Positions 37,330 through 48,400 of a stretch of 64,000 nt of DNA are shown here, piece after piece. The stretch's first letter is position 1. Every line of letters begins with the position of its first letter. This stretch comes from a virus. Taxonomy: Duplodnaviria > Caudoviricetes. Location: positions 36,768-100,767 of the IMG/VR virus record IMGVR_UViG_3300042386_000659. The stretch is one strand, 5' to 3'. The notes under the pieces were generated by a model. It did no database searches. It was not told the origin of the DNA and worked only from the letters and a program-made list of their open reading frames with translations. The translations under genes were made by a program, and so were the position numbers.

Positions 37330-38087
37330 ATTAGTGTCTTATTAGTTTTTGGTATATCATAAAAATCATAAATACTATTGTACCTTTCTTTGAAATTTTG
37401 ATCTAGTTTTAGAGAACACTCTATATGTTGGCTAGAATTAACTTGTTTTAGTTTAAATTCTTTTCCAATTTTATTCGAAACCCATTTTTCCATAAGACTT
37501 AATTCTTTAATATCAAACCAAATAATATCCTTATCGTGATTGTGCCAATATGATGATGGTGTTATTAATATATTAATTACGTTTACCATATATTCTTCGG
37601 AATATAAGTCCATAAGTTTAGATGGCCTATAGGGATTTTTAATAAATTTGTTTTTTAATAAAAAATCGTTTATTATGTTAAGTCTATTCTCATTAGAGTA
37701 TAAATCTTCTGTTTTAAAAAAAAATAATTCATCTAAACTTATATTTTTAAAAAAATCATAAACCTTGTGTGCATTAGCTCTTTTCAAATCAAAAATAATG
37801 TGTTTATATAACGAATAAAAAGTATCGTGCCTATCCCTTTTAACCGCAATTATAGGGTACTGAAATCCAAACTTTTCTCTAAGTAATGGCAACTCCTCGT
37901 GCCCGTGTGTGATTAGTTGCATTATATCCTTTTCGTCTATATTTTTGAAATTAATTTTAGAGTTTATTTTTCCCCATTCTGAATTCAGACTTTTTATTTC
38001 TAAATCGTGTAATATACATGAATAGTGAAATGAGGTTGACCCACATCTTGGTAAATTCACATATATAAAATTATTATCTACCAACAT
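37326..38087 (-). CDS. Sulfotransferase-family-like protein
   Basis: YVNLPRCGSTS (PSB loop), H, RD..SLY, NSS; ends KTLI. Confidence 0.6.
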   Translation of the reverse strand: MLVDNNFIYVNLPRCGSTSFHYSCILHDLEIKSLNSEWGKINSKINFKNIDEKDIMQLITHGHEELPLLREKFGFQYPIIAVKRDRHDTFYSLYKHIIFDLKRANAHKVYDFFKNISLDELFFFKTEDLYSNENRLNIINDFLLKNKFIKNPYRPSKLMDLYSEEYMVNVINILITPSSYWHNHDKDIIWFDIKELSLMEKWVSNKIGKEFKLKQVNSSQHIECSLKLDQNFKERYNSIYDFYDIPKTNKTLI

Positions 38088-38725
38088 TATATTAACGATT
38101 TTTCCTTCTTAATAAAATCAAATCCAACATTTCCCGCCATGACGATTCTATCAATTGTTGAATTAGGGGCATTATTTGGCGCGTGTGGGATATGTGCTTC
38201 CATAATAATTAAATCGTCTTCTTCTGGTTTGATGAAATATTCTTTATTGTTTTCACCTAAAAAAAATAATACACCATCATCGCCATTCATTACATCTGGC
38301 ATTTGAATATAATAAACATATGTATAGTGCGGAATAAATTGTTTGTTTCCTTTATTAATTTCGGTATGTGTATGATATTTTTCACCATTGTGAAAATTGT
38401 CTTGTACGGGATCCTTTGATCGAACAACATTAACCCAAGAGTCAGTATTAATTTTATTGTAATTTATATTTTTTTCATTATAAATTTCTTTACATTTATT
38501 AATACCGATTTGAAAAATCTGGTCTAATTTTGTTTCAACCTTAATATCGCCAATAAAATTTAAATTTTCGTTCCATACTATTTTATATCCAAATCCATCT
38601 GATTTAACTTTAGATTGGGATTCTATAAGAGAGTATGCTTCTTTTAAAAAGAATAATTTATCACTTATATAATTTAATTTGGTTTTCCAAATGTAAGTAG
38701 TGTCATCAAAAAATATTTTTTCCAT
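38087..38725 (-). CDS. Putative 2OG-Fe(II) oxygenase
   Basis: WVN, HTH, YVYYIQMP, IPH, RIVMAGN; ends KSLI. Confidence 0.7.
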   Translation of the reverse strand: MEKIFFDDTTYIWKTKLNYISDKLFFLKEAYSLIESQSKVKSDGFGYKIVWNENLNFIGDIKVETKLDQIFQIGINKCKEIYNEKNINYNKINTDSWVNVVRSKDPVQDNFHNGEKYHTHTEINKGNKQFIPHYTYVYYIQMPDVMNGDDGVLFFLGENNKEYFIKPEEDDLIIMEAHIPHAPNNAPNSTIDRIVMAGNVGFDFIKKEKSLI

Positions 38726-38728
38726 GCT

Positions 38729-39244
38729 TTAAATTATACTTTTATTTTGATTATCCATAAAACCAAAAAACGCCACCAAACTATATCTTACTCCACTAGT
38801 AACAGGTAGGACTCTATGTTCTAACTGATTATTCATAATAACCACTAATTTTTTTTGTGGGATAATTTTCAATCTATTATTAGTATCATTAATGTATTCT
38901 AACTCGCCCCCAATATAATCATCATTTAAATATAATATTAATGAACATGGGGAGATATCCTTATGAAAATTATCATCTTTATTAGAATTAATGTCAATTT
39001 TATTAATCCACATTGATTTTAATTCTAAATTAGTGTACAACTTAGTTTTAATATACGATTCTAATCCCATAACAATATTATGCATCAAGGGGTCTTTTAA
39101 ATCCATATACTCTCTAAAATAAAAATTTATATTATCTTTATCTAGTGTTGGTGATTGAGATGGAATAAAATTATCACATTTTTTTTGTAATAATTCCATA
39201 TCATCATCATTTAGCACTTTACTATCTTTATCGATTGAAATCAT
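38729..39244 (-). CDS. 2OG-Fe(II) oxygenase (prolyl-hydroxylase-like)
   Basis: FHKD, ILYLNDDYIGGEL, HRVLPVTSGVRYSLV; ends KSII. Confidence 0.85.
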   Translation of the reverse strand: MISIDKDSKVLNDDDMELLQKKCDNFIPSQSPTLDKDNINFYFREYMDLKDPLMHNIVMGLESYIKTKLYTNLELKSMWINKIDINSNKDDNFHKDISPCSLILYLNDDYIGGELEYINDTNNRLKIIPQKKLVVIMNNQLEHRVLPVTSGVRYSLVAFFGFMDNQNKSII

Positions 39245-39250
39245 ACTATC

Positions 39251-39460
39251 TTATTTTTTTAAACCGTACTTAATCCACTTGTACCAAATTCTTTCGTGTA
39301 AATAATATTGAATTGGTTTATAAACTAATTCTGCAACACCAAAAGCGGCACCAACTTTAATTGACCCACTTACCCACCACATAATAATAAACCCAATCAT
39401 TGTGCTTACTACTCTATATGAAATCGTTTTAGCTATGTGTCTCTTCCTCTCTACTATCAT
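39251..39460 (-). CDS. DUF2061-like small membrane protein
   Basis: KRHIAKTISYR...YYLHERIW. Confidence 0.75.
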   Translation of the reverse strand: MIVERKRHIAKTISYRVVSTMIGFIIMWWVSGSIKVGAAFGVAELVYKPIQYYLHERIWYKWIKYGLKK

Positions 39461-39840
39461 TATCCTTTAGTTTGGTCATATGTTATTGTACCATCGGGTG
39501 TCATATGTCCGGTTCTAATTGCCGTTCCACTAATAACCGCAACATCCGCAGGAGGTTCATGATATATCACGTCATATCCAACCCCTCTACCATAATTAAT
39601 ACTCTCAATATCGGGAATAATTGATATGTTAATTCTTTGTGAATTTTCTCTAAAGAAAGGTTCTTCACTAAGATCCATCATGACTTGCTGTGCGGTCTTA
39701 GGGTTATTTTCATCTGTGGGTACATTCCTAATTGCAACCCACACATCTTTTCCTTTATCTAATTGTTGGTTAATAAGCCATTCGTGACCCTTGTGCCAAT
39801 TTTGCCATCTACCAACATACATTGCGTATTTTTTACTCAT
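39460..39840 (-). CDS. Cytidyltransferase-like (HxGH) nucleotidyltransferase, possible minimal sulfate adenylyltransferase
   Basis: GRWQNWHKGH, YGRGVGY, ISGTAIR; coupled to cysC. Confidence 0.7.
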   Translation of the reverse strand: MSKKYAMYVGRWQNWHKGHEWLINQQLDKGKDVWVAIRNVPTDENNPKTAQQVMMDLSEEPFFRENSQRINISIIPDIESINYGRGVGYDVIYHEPPADVAVISGTAIRTGHMTPDGTITYDQTKG

Positions 39841-40271
39841 AATGATAATTTTTTTAAGAGTTCATAATATGAATCTGTTTCGTTTTTTATTGTTGTGTCT
39901 ATATCTATAAAATTTTCTAATGGTGGCTCATATTCCTCAACATGGAATTGATTCCTACCCCTATCCTCTGTAGTGTGAACATAAATCTCAACAACTGATG
40001 TGTTGAATTTAAAATCCTCTCTTTGGTCTCTATATGGCGAAACTAAGGATACAATAACATTATGTCCTTTGCTGTGCATGAATTGTGCAATGTATTGTGC
40101 TCTTTGAATGTTTAATCTTCTTCCTGTTATGGAATAGTCTTTATTCTTAAAGATGTCTCTTAAATCATCCCCATCGATGTGGGTAACCTCATCTTTTGGG
40201 AAGTATTCCACCAGGTATTTTGCCAAGGTTGTTTTTCCTGCGCCCGGTTGTCCTGTTAGCCAATATATCAT
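39837..40271 (-). CDS. cysC: Adenylyl-sulfate (APS) kinase
   Basis: WLTGQPGAGKTT P-loop, IDGDDLR, SLVSPY, YEPP. Confidence 0.88.
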   Translation of the reverse strand: MIYWLTGQPGAGKTTLAKYLVEYFPKDEVTHIDGDDLRDIFKNKDYSITGRRLNIQRAQYIAQFMHSKGHNVIVSLVSPYRDQREDFKFNTSVVEIYVHTTEDRGRNQFHVEEYEPPLENFIDIDTTIKNETDSYYELLKKLSL

Positions 40272-40312
40272 ATTACTATTAATATACGAAATAAATTTGA
40301 AAAATCAAATTA

Positions 40313-41098
40313 TTATTCGTGTATAAAATATATATCTTTATTTAATTTTTTGGTTGTGTAATTGTTTAATAAAATTTGTTTTCCCATCATTTCGGAATCA
40401 ATCTTACCATTACAAACAATAGGTTCTATTTTTTCAAGATATTCTTCTAAACCATTTACGATGCTGTTAAAATATATCATTGAGCATATTTCTTCAATGT
40501 TCGTTGTTATATTGTGTTTTTTTTGTATATCTATAATATTGGTAACGAAATCTTTATCTCTACAATAAATAAATCCAGCGTTTGGAATAACTAACCCATC
40601 TTGAAAATTCCATTTACAATGGGTAGTCATTTGGTGGTATAGGTTATTATAATAACTTGATACATTTTTGTCATCTAATTCCATGTTTTTAAATAACGTT
40701 ATCAATTCCTTTGGATAAAAATACAGAGGCATTTGTATATCATTCCCATTTTTTAAAGTATCAAAGAAATATTGGTCTAAAGATTTTTGTATGTGAAAAT
40801 CCCAATCTAAAAATAATACTTCGTCATATAATTCCATTGATTTTTTTAATGCCAATAATTTATGTAAAAAATTATATTCTATTACCATTTCAGAACTTTC
40901 ACCCATATAGTGGTATGGGTATCCAAGTGTTTCCATTAATTCTAAATTAATTTCATCCCAAACAATAACCATTTGGTTTTTTAAATCGTATTTTTCGTCA
41001 ATTTTTTTTGTTTGGTGACACTCGTTATGAAAAAAATTTAAGTCTTTTTCTTTAAACTGGTGATTAGGTTTACCCCATAAACATCTTATTATTTTCAT
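40313..41098 (-). CDS. Hypothetical protein, GT-A-like
   Basis: VLFLDWD and PNAGFIY motifs. Confidence 0.5.
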   Translation of the reverse strand: MKIIRCLWGKPNHQFKEKDLNFFHNECHQTKKIDEKYDLKNQMVIVWDEINLELMETLGYPYHYMGESSEMVIEYNFLHKLLALKKSMELYDEVLFLDWDFHIQKSLDQYFFDTLKNGNDIQMPLYFYPKELITLFKNMELDDKNVSSYYNNLYHQMTTHCKWNFQDGLVIPNAGFIYCRDKDFVTNIIDIQKKHNITTNIEEICSMIYFNSIVNGLEEYLEKIEPIVCNGKIDSEMMGKQILLNNYTTKKLNKDIYFIHE

Positions 41099-41730
41099 TA
41101 TATAATAATTTTTTTATGTGTGATGTCGTTATTGTTCATAATAATTGATAACGCCAAACCCTCAGCCCCACCTAATACAAATGGTTTACTATATGTCATA
41201 TCATTCATTAGTGAGATATAATCAAACACCGGTTGTATTATTTGTAATTCCTTTTTTAATAATTGGTAATTAATTGATTTATTAAAAACCATAATTTGTT
41301 CCGTTATTGTTGGGTAATTTTTTAAAGGAATGTTTCTATATTCCATATACTCTAATAAAAATCTAAAACATGACTCATCTTTATATTCGAAAAAATCACC
41401 TTTTGGCCAATTATTAACATATAAAAAATCGGAGGTCAACTGTTCCATTAACCTATCAAACGAATCTTTTAAAATGGGGGTACTTCCGTCAATATAGATT
41501 ACTGACTTTCTATAAGTTTCAACCATTTTTAAAGAAAAGAATATCTTATCAAAATAATTGAAGATAGGTTTTTCGTATGAAATAACATCATCAGAATCAA
41601 AGTGTTCCGGTTGGTCGGTTAATATCTTAATTGTACTTTGATTACTTTTTAATTCCTTATAATATTCAAGTATTTCGTTAACGTATGTATCTCCGACCGC
41701 AACCAATACTACTATGTAATCGTTATTCAT
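41098..41730 (-). CDS. Hypothetical protein, GT-like (paralog of 63057..63782)
   Basis: ILTDQPE, YFDK, YIDG, GGAEG shared with 63057..63782. Confidence 0.5.
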   Translation of the reverse strand: MNNDYIVVLVAVGDTYVNEILEYYKELKSNQSTIKILTDQPEHFDSDDVISYEKPIFNYFDKIFFSLKMVETYRKSVIYIDGSTPILKDSFDRLMEQLTSDFLYVNNWPKGDFFEYKDESCFRFLLEYMEYRNIPLKNYPTITEQIMVFNKSINYQLLKKELQIIQPVFDYISLMNDMTYSKPFVLGGAEGLALSIIMNNNDITHKKIII

Positions 41731-41847
41731 TTAATGATTATAGATGAATGGGTCTCTTTTTTGTAGTTCTTTTAATTTCTTTTTAAAACGTTTTTTACGT
41801 TTATAATCTTCAATTTTTTCTAATATCCACTTATATATTTTATTCAT
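41731..41847 (-). CDS. Small basic 38-aa protein (MNKIYKWILEKIEDYKRKKRFKKKLKELQKRDPFIYNH), not in ORF track
   Basis: Read directly; fills the gap exactly between the carbamoyltransferase and the next gene. Confidence 0.65.
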   Translation of the reverse strand: MNKIYKWILEKIEDYKRKKRFKKKLKELQKRDPFIYNH

Positions 41848-41848
41848 G

Positions 41849-43513
41849 TTATTTGTATATTAAGTAATTGTCTATTATTAACAAATCAATATCGGTATTA
41901 TGAAATGTATCTATCGCATCCTTTGGTGTTAATACCATTGTTTTATCTTTTATATTAAATGACGTATTCAACAATATTGGATAACCGCTTAGTTTCTCAA
42001 ATTCAATTAATAAATCATACATAATTGTATGTTTATATATTGTTTGTATTCTTGCGGTTCCATCAACATGTGTGACGGCCGGTAGTTTATCTAAGTACTC
42101 ATCTTTGACAGTAACTACTTGATTCATATATGGTACATCGTCAGTAACATTAAAATAAACATGTTGTTTATCTTTTACTACCATCGGTGCAAATGGTCTA
42201 AATTCTTCTCGTTTTTTTACAGTTTTATTAATCTTATCTTTCATACCCACAATTGTTGGGTTTGCCAAAATAGATCTATGACCCAAGGCTCTAGACCCAA
42301 ATTCACAAGGTCCTTGATACCATCCAACAATTTTACCTTCGTTTAATTTTTTTGCAATATTTCTAACCATTGTTTCTCTAGAATTAAGTTTAAAATACCG
42401 ATATCCCTTAATTGATGCGACTATTTGATTATCATAGAAATGTGGACCAATAAAAGGATTCTTATTAATTCTACCATTTAGTTTATTATTATTTACCAAA
42501 TAGTTAATACAAGATCCAATTGAGGAACCAGCATCAGATGGTGCAGGTGGTATCCATAGATTGTTAAAATGACTATTTCTAACTATTTTACCGTTAGCAA
42601 CTCCATTATATGCACAACCACCACCCAAACATAAATTTCGATTGTCATTTATTATAGAAATCGATTTTAAGACCTCAAAAAGTATTTCCTCATATCTTTT
42701 CTGTACCGAGGCTGCTAAGTCCTTATAATTAGGTTCTAAACCCCCTTCAGGGACCCTTGGCTCTATACCCAATAACTCAATTAACTTCTCATTGAACATT
42801 AACTTGTCAGATGTGTTCCATGTGAATACGTCCATGTTACAAGTTAGTTTACTATTCTTATACTTAATCAATTCTCTTACTTTTTCAATGTAAACATCTG
42901 GATTACCGTAAGGTGCCAATCCCATTACCTTATATTCACCTTCGTTTGGTCTAAACCCTAAGAATGATGTCATCGCAGAATAAAATAAACCAATAGAATG
43001 GGGGTATTCCGCCATTGATATTTTACTTATATTTTTTTTATCCGCTAACGCCATGGACATTGTTTCATATTCGCCAACACCATCTATTGATAAACAAATA
43101 CCGTTATCAAAATTTGAACTATAAAAAGAATAGTAAAGGTGGGAATCGTGATGGTTAGAGTAAAATACCTTATTACCATATTTTGGTAACAATTTATTTA
43201 AATTCCATATATTTTTTTTAATATTAAAATATGATTTAATACAATATATTGGATTAGTAAGTAATTGACTCTTTGCATTATCAATAACCCTTTTTAATTT
43301 TAATTTTGGGTTCTCATAATAACAAACAGCCTCAACTTTATCCTTTGTTAATTTATATTGTTTATATATGTAATTTAATGAATTAATTGGGAATGAACTA
43401 TCGTGTTTTATACCTGTGAATTTTTCTTCCTCGCAAGCGTAGATTAATTGTCCGTTTCTAAATAAACAAACGGACGAATCGTGATAGTATGCGGATATTC
43501 CAATTATGTACAT
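41849..43513 (-). CDS. Carbamoyltransferase (NodU/CmcH family)
   Basis: YHDSS, HHDSH, IDGVGE, EYKVMGLAPYG, EFGSRALGHRS, RPFAP, LNTSFN. Confidence 0.93.
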   Translation of the reverse strand: MYIIGISAYYHDSSVCLFRNGQLIYACEEEKFTGIKHDSSFPINSLNYIYKQYKLTKDKVEAVCYYENPKLKLKRVIDNAKSQLLTNPIYCIKSYFNIKKNIWNLNKLLPKYGNKVFYSNHHDSHLYYSFYSSNFDNGICLSIDGVGEYETMSMALADKKNISKISMAEYPHSIGLFYSAMTSFLGFRPNEGEYKVMGLAPYGNPDVYIEKVRELIKYKNSKLTCNMDVFTWNTSDKLMFNEKLIELLGIEPRVPEGGLEPNYKDLAASVQKRYEEILFEVLKSISIINDNRNLCLGGGCAYNGVANGKIVRNSHFNNLWIPPAPSDAGSSIGSCINYLVNNNKLNGRINKNPFIGPHFYDNQIVASIKGYRYFKLNSRETMVRNIAKKLNEGKIVGWYQGPCEFGSRALGHRSILANPTIVGMKDKINKTVKKREEFRPFAPMVVKDKQHVYFNVTDDVPYMNQVVTVKDEYLDKLPAVTHVDGTARIQTIYKHTIMYDLLIEFEKLSGYPILLNTSFNIKDKTMVLTPKDAIDTFHNTDIDLLIIDNYLIYK

Positions 43514-44658
43514 TATTCTCTATTGTATCCATAATAAATAGTGTCCTTATTTTTCCTTTCTCTCCATGGGTCTAATACAATACTTCCTTCGGGAAATATG
43601 GTTTCGTTGAAGGTGTTTCTGTGACCCAACACATAAACTGCAGGACCGTCTATTATATCATATTTAACGTTATCTTTTAAATAATACCCTATTAAACGAG
43701 AATAAGAACCGTCTGTATATTCAACATCAGGTTTATAACTTTCACCCATAATAACAATAGGTAAATTGTTCATAAATGAAAGATTAGAAGCTCTTATTGA
43801 TAAATTCTTAGCTTGTTTCTCTCTAGACACCATAATTGAACTAAACAAGTCATATCCCAGTCCTATGTCTTTAGCAAGGTATCTTAAGGCAATATTATCT
43901 CTTGGATGACATGGTCCACCATCACCCATACCCGCTTTCATGTAAGCCGAACTAATAATTCTTTGAGTACTTTTTTCTAATGCGTTAGTTATTAAATCGG
44001 TATTCATGTTACCATCCATATCGGCAATATCCTGTATCATATTAACAAAACTAATTTTCATTGATATGAATGTGTTATAAAATATTTTGATAGCCTCCGC
44101 ATCCTCCCACGTACCAATTTCACATCTTGTTTTGGGATACACAAATGTTCCATAGAATTCGGTTAATTTGTCCACGTCACTTGTTTTTGTCCCATCTTCT
44201 GTTCCAATTATGATCATTTCCGGTCTTACCATATCTTCTTTAACTGTACCCATCGCAATTAAATAAGGATTATAGATGAACCTATAATTTTTAATTAATG
44301 GGTAAAATTCTCTTCTTATTGTACCAGGTAAAACGGTTGATATTAGTACTACTAATTGTTCTTTAGTTGTATATTGATTTATTTCTTGGAGTACTTCTTT
44401 AACAATTGAATAATCAAAATCTTTAGGAGGTAAATGTGATGTTGGTTTACTACCATCATAATCCTTATGGTGTGGTGTGGGTACCGCAACGAAAATCAAA
44501 TCCTTACCTTCACATAAGTCCTTTAAATTATAATTCATGATAAATTTAGTGTGTGGGATAGTTACTATATCATACCCCTCAACATGATGTCCAGCATTAA
44601 CCATAGTCTCTGCGGCGTCCTTACCTAATTTACCAACACCTATAAAACCTACTTTCAT
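43513..44658 (-). CDS. UDP-glucose/GDP-mannose dehydrogenase family protein
   Basis: GVGKLG, VAVPTP, STVLPGT, KIFYNTF, GGPCHPRD. Confidence 0.88.
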   Translation of the reverse strand: MKVGFIGVGKLGKDAAETMVNAGHHVEGYDIVTIPHTKFIMNYNLKDLCEGKDLIFVAVPTPHHKDYDGSKPTSHLPPKDFDYSIVKEVLQEINQYTTKEQLVVLISTVLPGTIRREFYPLIKNYRFIYNPYLIAMGTVKEDMVRPEMIIIGTEDGTKTSDVDKLTEFYGTFVYPKTRCEIGTWEDAEAIKIFYNTFISMKISFVNMIQDIADMDGNMNTDLITNALEKSTQRIISSAYMKAGMGDGGPCHPRDNIALRYLAKDIGLGYDLFSSIMVSREKQAKNLSIRASNLSFMNNLPIVIMGESYKPDVEYTDGSYSRLIGYYLKDNVKYDIIDGPAVYVLGHRNTFNETIFPEGSIVLDPWRERKNKDTIYYGYNRE

Positions 44659-45419
44659 AATAATTTTCTTTTTTTTGGTTCTTCATTGATAATTTCATAA
44701 ACTTTTTTTGCCCAATATTTGTGGGCGTCTTCACCAAAATGTCCTTTTTTAGAATGTACGGACCATTTAAAGTTGGTTTTATTAGTTAAATGTCCAAAAA
44801 AAGTTTGGTCGGTATTGTTAAACCCAATATGTTTTATTTTTTTAGTGTCGTCATATAACCAAAGATTATTAATGTATGATGAACGTAAAATGTGATTTTT
44901 ATCTACATCTTCTAAACTCAAAAAGGAATGTAATCCATTTAAAAATGTGTATTTAATTTTAAAAGTATCTAAAAAAATAGATAAATTATTTACATATCTT
45001 AAATTTTTTAAATTAGAATATAGTATGTCATGAAAATGAACTATCGTATCTCTAAATTTTTCCAATTCGTTTTTCATACTTGGAGCATCTTTTAAATTAT
45101 ACATTGGATTTATGTTAGCAACCATATTAACATCGGGAATATATACTTCTTTTCTGTCGAATCCTGACCACATAACAATCACATGTAAATCTTCTATTTT
45201 ATGTGATTTATTAATTAATACATTTTCAATTATCCAATCTTGAGTTGTTCTAAAAATGTATTCATTACTTGCACCTCCTTTGGCGATATTAACATATTCA
45301 TCTCCAGTCATGTCGGATAAAAATTTACCCCATGATTTTTCATAACAAGATGATTGATGTTCATATTCCATTTCAGAAGCCGCAGTATGACTACACCCAT
45401 TAAATAACATTATTCCCAT
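44655..45419 (-). CDS. SGNH-like hypothetical protein
   Basis: FNGCSHT, NIAKGGASNE, GHFGEDAH; ends KRKLL. Confidence 0.55.
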   Translation of the reverse strand: MGIMLFNGCSHTAASEMEYEHQSSCYEKSWGKFLSDMTGDEYVNIAKGGASNEYIFRTTQDWIIENVLINKSHKIEDLHVIVMWSGFDRKEVYIPDVNMVANINPMYNLKDAPSMKNELEKFRDTIVHFHDILYSNLKNLRYVNNLSIFLDTFKIKYTFLNGLHSFLSLEDVDKNHILRSSYINNLWLYDDTKKIKHIGFNNTDQTFFGHLTNKTNFKWSVHSKKGHFGEDAHKYWAKKVYEIINEEPKKRKLL

Positions 45420-48400
45420 TATATTAAATTTCTTAAAATTGGTCCAGTTGCAATCGAAACTTTTTTTGATTTACTACGAAACTGTTCGTGAATTGTTTCT
45501 TTTACTAATGAATCTTTAGTTAACCATTTATATATGTTACCACTATTATTAAAAGTATCTTTAAATGACATATCACCGTGACTATTTTGTCTTTCCCATT
45601 TATATGTTTCTTCTATTTTTGGTGTCATTCCATAGTGTTTCATTTCGTGATTAATTTTATATTGGTAATTACCCTTATCATCAATTTCAAATGATATATT
45701 AGCCCTATAGTTTACCGATATACTACCCCACGATGTTATATCCTTTTCAGGGTCAAATATGATGTTCATTTTGAATCCTTTGAATATCCTAAATAAACCA
45801 TAGAATATTGGTAAAAATTCATTTGCGATGTTTGTACTTAAAAATGAGGTTGACATATCTTCAGTTATTAACTTGAAGTTAATATTATCGTCTTGCGGTA
45901 TATATTCATCTATATTGGTGTTTGATGTCTCAAATGTAAAACATTCAGTAATATCTCCGTGTCTTTGTGCGTTATCTAAAACACTACCTGCGAAGTCCTT
46001 TAATATCTCTAACCAAATATGAAAACACTTAATTCTTACGAAACGATTTAACTGTGTATTTTTATATCCATGTGTATACCAATTACCAAATACTTGATTG
46101 TCCCATATTCTCTCTTGCCAAGCAATTCCATAAATGTCAAATCTTTCTTGTAAATCACTAAGTGCGCTTGGGCCACAACCCATACCTGGACTTAATTGGT
46201 GGATATACTTTCTCACATTATAAATTAAAATATTACTATGATAATAATCGATATGTTCTTCTGTTGGGAATCCGATTAACCAATTAACGTGAGTCCAAAT
46301 TTTTTGGGTCAAGTATGTGTCTTTTAGATTGTTTTCAATTTCCCAAATCTCAATTCTCTTTCTCATATCGTTAAGAACCTTTTGACTACCCGACTCAACC
46401 CCATAACTTAATGCAGTACATCCTGAATCCGCAATCTTATTAATAAATTCTTTGGTCATTCTACCATCACATCTACTGTAACTATTCCAACCAATATCTA
46501 ATTTATTTTCAATGATTAGGTCCACTAATTTTTGAAAATTAGCAAGGTTACCATTTACCAAACTATCCACAAACCAAAATCTTCTAACACCGTATGTTTC
46601 AATTTGATATTTCATTTCCTCAATTACCCTTTCTGGCGTCATAGATCTAAATCTCCAAAAATAAGTTTCCGCACAAAAACTACATTGAGCAACACATCCT
46701 CTCGATGTTTCAATACTAACACCGTCTTTATGTAAATAAGATTCTAAATCGTAATCCGTAAAATCAGCATACGCTTTATCATCTAAATTTAATCTACTAT
46801 TTGAATCGCCGATAAAAACACCTTCACTTGGTAATCTCTTTAAATGTGTTTCATCATTTAAGAAGTTTACAAAACTTTCCTCCGCTTCACCTTTAAAAAA
46901 GTAATTAACATACTTTGAAAATTGTGATGACAACAACCACGCTTCAGTTGATACTGCCGGCCCACCAACAACAATTGCAACATTGGGTAATTTCTCTCTT
47001 AATTTTTTTACCATTAATAGAGTTGCCTGACTGTTAGTGGTATACATACTGAACCCAATAACGGTTGGCTTATCTAATACAATTTTATCCACCGCAGCAT
47101 TTAAAAACGGTTCTATTTCTTTTAAAAGATACTTATTAAAAAACCAAGAATCTTCCCAATAGAAAAATTTCTCTGATCTCCAATAATCTTCTCCTGTTCT
47201 TTCAATTAAATTATGATATAATTGAACATTTAAATCATATACTTTACAAGCAAATCCTTCCTTTCGTAATGTACCAACAATCTTAGATAAGCCATATGGT
47301 GGGAAAATAACGCCCCAACTTGGACATATTGCCATTACAACTCTCTCACGTCCCTCATTAAAATCTTTTAATGCTGTTGGTTCGTTAAAATTTTGATATT
47401 TTAATTGTCCATTAACACCTATATGTGCTGACGCATGATTCATCGGCATTTTCGTTGTTGATTGTACATCCCTTTCTAAAATATGTTTTAAAATTAATTG
47501 GTCTCTATCCGCACCAATTGATTCAATTTGTTCTTTTAATTTAATTGACTCTTCATTAAAATATAATTTATCAATGAATGAACACGTTGGGTCAAATCCA
47601 ACTAATACCGTGTTGTTAGGTAAGTTGTGCATAAACTCATCATACTTTTCTTGAATTTTACTTAACCCTATAAATGAGTTGGTAAAATCAGTACAATAAA
47701 TGTTTGATATGCTGATATAATTTTTTTGACCATTGACTTTGTCTAATAATGACTTAGGGTTTTGTATTAAATCAATATGTAATAGTTCAACATCTAATGT
47801 TCTAAATTTGTCTAAAAATTCATAAAATAGGTTTTCTCCCCCGAAGTAATCAAAAGTTCGATTTAAACTTAATAAAAAGTTATTTGTGAATTTTCCATCA
47901 ATCCCAAATACCTTTTGTCCCATTCCTAAAAAATGAAAAAAATTATTATCACTAAATTGGTTAATTAACAGTTTGATGTCTCGTATATTACTTTTATAAA
48001 TCAAATCAATCCATGCTAAGCTCTTTTCATTAAAATCATATATGATTAATTTACCACCCTCTTTTAAATGATTACTCTTTAATGAATCTAAAAATTTAAA
48101 CCCACCCGCAGGAACTGCAATTGTGTCAAACTTATTATTTTTATACCCATAGGTTAAATTCATATCTTCTGAATTTAATAACCATATTTGATTTTTAATT
48201 GAATTTGGTATTTGTAATAATTTAACTTGGTTTGTGTTGAGAGTGGTATCAACTGTTTGTGTTTTTAAACATTCTAAGAATCTGTTGCTGTTAGATTCGG
48301 GATAGTAGTACGTTCTTTTATTTCTTATTGTTTCATTCCAATTGATGATATCAAATCCGTTCTTTAATGATTCATTAATAAATTTCCACCCTTGCTTTTG

